DNA from: Rhizodiscina lignyota
Taxonomy: Eukaryota
NCBI GenBank assembly: GCA_010015805.1
Contig: ML978136.1
Span: 248,001-312,000 of the forward strand
Direction of reading: 5' to 3'
Length of the DNA stretch: 64,000 nt
In this document: piece by piece, positions 59,888 to 64,000 of the stretch
Layout: each line of letters begins with the position of its first letter
Numbering within the stretch: the stretch's first letter is position 1
Position numbers and translations under genes: made by a program
The notes under the pieces: generated by a model
What the model saw: only the letters and a program-made list of their open reading frames with translations
Database searches by the model: none
Told to the model about the DNA's origin: nothing

Positions 59888-61176
59888 ATGACAGCCGCAG
59901 GAGGTGATGTCGCAGCCCAGCTGAAGGCTATTGACAAATCATCTTGTCCATCAGATGCTGAAAGGAAGCGGGCTGTAGAGGAAGCACGTGCACTTCTCCT
60001 TCGCCTCGAAACGCCAGTCGACACTGCTTTACGGCTTGTCTGGGAATACCCAACGATTGTGTCAGGCATACGGACCATGACACAACTGGACCTCTTCCGC
60101 AAATGGTCTGCTCTGAACGGCGGAGTCTCAGCATCTGCCGAAGAACTGGCCAAGTCAACATCATGCGATCCCGTACTTCTGCTACGTATCCTCCGAAACC
60201 TTGCGACGAGCAATATAATAAGCTTCGACGACAAGCCAGGCTTTTTCAAGATGACGCCATTCAGCTCAAGTCTTACTACGCCAGAGATTGAGGCCACGTT
60301 TGGCATGCTCTGCGATTTCCACATGGCCATATTCCTTGGCGTTCCCGACTTCCTGAAGCAGAAAGGATACGTGAACCCAGTAAACAAAACCGATACGGCC
60401 TTCCGCCATGTCCATGGAACTGATATCATGGATCTCATCACTCAGAAACACCCAGAATTCGCGGCGAATATGGCGCTGTCCATGAAGGCGATACTCCCAT
60501 TCCGTGGGTCCTTGACTGAAGACTTTCCAGTTGACGAGATTATTGCGCAGGCTGATCCCACGGGACCACTATTTGTGGATGTCGCCGGGGCGATTGGCCA
60601 CGATACAGCAGCCTTCTTCGCAAAGTACCCGCAGCCCAAAGGGAGGCTGATTGTCCAGGACATGGCAGAGGTCCTTGCAGGCGCGAAGCTGGACCCTGCA
60701 ATTGAAACGATGACATTCGATTTGTTCGCTCCGCAGCCTGTTCAAGGGGCAGCAATGTATTACATGTGAGCAGTCCTTTAATTCCCTATATACTTGTTTC
60801 GCAGACTGAGGAATTTCACAGGCACAACGTCTTACACGACTGGACTGATTCAGACGTTGTAAAAATTCTCACAAACTTGAAGAGCGCTATGCGGAAGGGC
60901 TACAGCAGGCTTCTTGTACACGAGCTAGTAGTAGATTCCTACCGCCCGAACAGTTTGGCCTCCGTATCCGATGTTTCAATGATGGCAATTGCCAACTCGA
61001 AAGAACGTGAGTTGAATTGGACAACTTCGATTTCGCTACCGAGCTGACATGGTCTCTTTACGACAGGTACCGACAAAGATTGGCGGGCTGTACTTGCTGA
61101 TGGTGGTTTCGAGGTTGTGCGGATCGTGACTGCTCCCGGAGGAAGCTTCTCAATCATTGAAGCGATCCCAACATGA
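59888..61176 (+). CDS. SAM-dependent O-methyltransferase (Methyltransf_2, secondary-metabolism type)
   Basis: N-terminal dimerisation/wHTH region (DPVLLLRILRNL), LFVDVAGAIGHD, LIVQD, FDLFAPQPVQGA, HNVLHDW and KERT. Two introns. Confidence 0.92.
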
Positions 61177-61593
61177 TAATTGACGGGATGTGCAAGGCTG
61201 TTTGATAATCTCAGCCGCAAGAGACTTCATGTCCTGAGGTGTGTCTGCAAATATGCACTCGTGTATGGATTTACAGCAGGACAATCCCCGGGGAATAGCA
61301 GCAGTCCTCCTCAATAAATGCACTTGGGTCATCCTTTCTTGATGATTTCTTGCTCCTTTCCAATTTCTGCTCATCGTCTTACGCCGTAGTACCTTGTTGT
61401 CGCGGTTTTACACTCGCAAGTTCTCTTCATTTCCGTGAAGACGTATCCGGTCCTTTGCAATTCGGTAGCATTATGTCAACTTGTTCTCGTTGACATTTCC
61501 ATGCGTTTCGCAGACGACTTTGTCCCAAATTGCTGATCTCATTGGCTGCAGGAGTACCCATCTGAATAGCTGAATCGCAGTGCCATTGATGGC

Positions 61594-64000
61594 TCAGAAG
61601 ATATCCATCATGTTCCAATCCTGACTTGGCTCGGAGAAATTGGGTTGGATCCCATACGCCATCCAGTCTTGCATTGATGCTGATAATATCTGATCGAGAA
61701 AATTCTGAGTCCCTGGTCCTTTCCCACCAACTTCGGGGTCCAGGTTCGGAGGAGCAAGTGTGTCCAGTTGAGCATTTACGTCCACGCTGCTTTCTGTCGT
61801 CTTCTCAGAGTTATTCTGAAGGACTGCCTCTATTTCAGCCCCATACATGATGTCGAAGTCGCGTTCACCCGAGATCTTCGTAGCGAGAGCATGTCGAGGC
61901 TGAGGTGTCAGAGTCCGGATATGTTGCGTGAGCAAGGACCCAAAGCTGATTCCCATATGCATGTCATCGGCAGTGTTCGTTCGGAAAACCTGAGCAATTT
62001 GGTCAAGAAGATCCAACATTGTGTCTTGACGAGGGGCTCCAGGGCGAAGTCCGAGCACATGTAGCGCCTGAAATTTCATTAGAGTCTCCACCAGGACAAC
62101 ATCAGGACAATACCTTACCTTTATAAGGTACATAGAAGCGGTAGCAACATGTGTGTGCGTGCGGACCGTCACGAACTTGAAAGAGTCCAATCGAGCCAGT
62201 TTTAGCGCCGACTCAAGCACAGATTTGCAGCCCTCGACAAGTTCTTCCAGGCATGCTTGATCTGGCAGGTTAAGCTCAAATTGCGTTGCTGAGACTGTGC
62301 TGGGCGTATCCACTTTCGCTGACGCTATGGCCTGCACGGCTAGAGAGTTGATACACACCCGCGTGTACTCATATTCGATCCTTAAGAGCTCCACCTGTAC
62401 GTGAACCGGAGTATCTGATATGGCTAACAACTTCGTTAGTTGTGAAGCTAGCAGCGAAACACTTTGCACGTACTGAGCAGATGAGAGAATTTAGATTTCC
62501 ACTGGTCAAGCTGTGTCTTGAAATGCTGCAGAAGTTCGCCGTACCCGCCACTGTCGAGCAGACTCTGGGTTGTCGCACTGGAGGAGAACAATATTTCAGA
62601 CGAGGATCTCCGCAGTCGTGCTAGTTCAATCCAAGGCCCGAGCCTAATTCCTGGTCCTGTATGCGTTGACTGGTATTCCGGACCTATTGTTGCTTGCATA
62701 GAGGTATGAAATGGCGTTTTGGGAGTTATTGTACCCGTAATAGAAACCAGCTCATTGATATATAGGAACAGTAGCTTTCTCAAGCGATCCTTTCTCTCGT
62801 ACGAGTGTGCATTATCCTCAATCACACCGGGCTCTCTTGCGCTCATTCCGGAGAACAGCCCCAGTTCGTGTGAAAGCGAGAGAGCGGAACCGTATGACAT
62901 CCTGCACGCGTTTATGAGAAAGCAGATAAATTCGAGGGGCTTGTACATGAGATCACCACTTAGCTTCACTTACCATGACATCTTGTTTGACAATTTCAAA
63001 CGAGATATAACATTACTGTGCCAGGGATCCGCTATATATCAATTGATTAGCATCTTTTGTATGACGGTCTGCTGGTTTTCTTACCTAAGTAATCCCCTGA
63101 CACCTCTGAACCAACCCGTCCCTTCGGATCTGACGCGGACTTTGGAAAATCGAAATTGAAATGAAAGCAGCGCGGATGCCAATCGGTGACAAGTAGGAAA
63201 CTTTCTATGGTTCCCAAGCTCCGGAGACTCCCGCAGTGACTCTCGCTGAGACCCCAACTTACCTGATTAAAAAGCGACTGACAATACTTCCATAGCTTGT
63301 CATGCAAATAAAACCCTCTCGTGATAGCTCCTTGGACGTTCAAAAGGTGATATCTGGAGGAGAGCATTAGAATTGTGGAGCATAAGACATGTTCTTTCGT
63401 GACGAGATCAAAATGCTTAGAGTGGTCGGCATAAGCTGAATCGAGAATGATCGAATGGGGGCGCATATTTTCGAAGAAAAGATCAACGTATGTAACGGCT
63501 TCTTGAGCCGTTAGCCATCCTTGTGCCACTGGTGGATATTGCCTCCATATGCCCAGAACTTTTGGATTGGGCCTCGAAAGCCTATAATGGGTTGTAAACC
63601 ATTTTTGCTGTTCGCTTCTGACGTATGCGCTGGAGCTGCGCACTCCATCTTGAGCGTGTGAGTTGTTGGACGCCAGTGTTGTGTCGGATTCTGGTGTGTC
63701 GCCATAATTACTTTCAGGGACCGTGCAGGCATCACAAAGAAGATCCAAGGCATCATGTTGGTTGGTGATACAAGTCTTCAAGACTCGATCAACAAGTTGC
63801 TGTTGCTCAGGGGACAGGGCTGTCTCGCTCTGCTCCGCCGCTATAAATTATCCTCCTGTCAGTATTCTGGGCATCCAGTACCAGGCATATGAAAAAGACA
63901 GAAAGAGACGTAGAAAGGAATGCTTACGGTGAGGTTGATCTAAGGAGGCGTCGGTGCTTCCTGAAATGTTGGCTGCTGTTGGCTGAGAAAATTCGACCCG
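61594..64000 (-). CDS. Fungal-specific (Zn2Cys6-type) transcription factor, Aro80-like middle region; 5' end outside the window
   Basis: EAVTYVDLFF, ILMLSSRY, LRSLGTIESFLLVTDWHPR and IEYEYTRVCINSLAVQA match the Aro80-like fungal TF middle homology region. The zinc cluster itself is not visible. Confidence 0.8.

Overview
This is eukaryotic, intron-containing DNA from a filamentous ascomycete (Pezizomycotina; Dothideomycete-like by my impression only). It holds about 29 protein-coding genes, and I found no rRNA, tRNA, CRISPR array or intact transposon. Housekeeping genes are CGI121, an Osh6/7-type oxysterol-binding protein, an NBP2-like SH3 adaptor, a GEN1/XPG nuclease, SPT6 and STE7. These alternate with accessory metabolic blocks. 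The best candidate for an undescribed system is a compact 7-gene cluster at 13.7-25.1 kb: SDR, aldehyde dehydrogenase, two PRISE/SirQ-type ene-reductases, an ACAD10/11-type acyl-CoA dehydrogenase, an HSL-type hydrolase and an ACAD10/11-type APH kinase with a PTS1. I infer it is a fungal counterpart of the ACAD10/11 and bacterial lva 4-hydroxyacyl-CoA phospho-elimination pathway, possibly extended to detoxify or catabolise 4-hydroxy/4-oxo-enals or gamma-lactones. Other notable items are a membrane-anchored laccase-like protein whose HCHxxxH copper motif is entirely replaced, and a divergent glutamate-cysteine-ligase paralog near an AhpD/CMD, DHA1 transporter, O-methyltransferase and Zn2Cys6 TF group. 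The window also has two GC-AG introns and a small decayed inverted-repeat element. Exon boundaries were read by eye, and family calls come from recalled motifs, not database searches.
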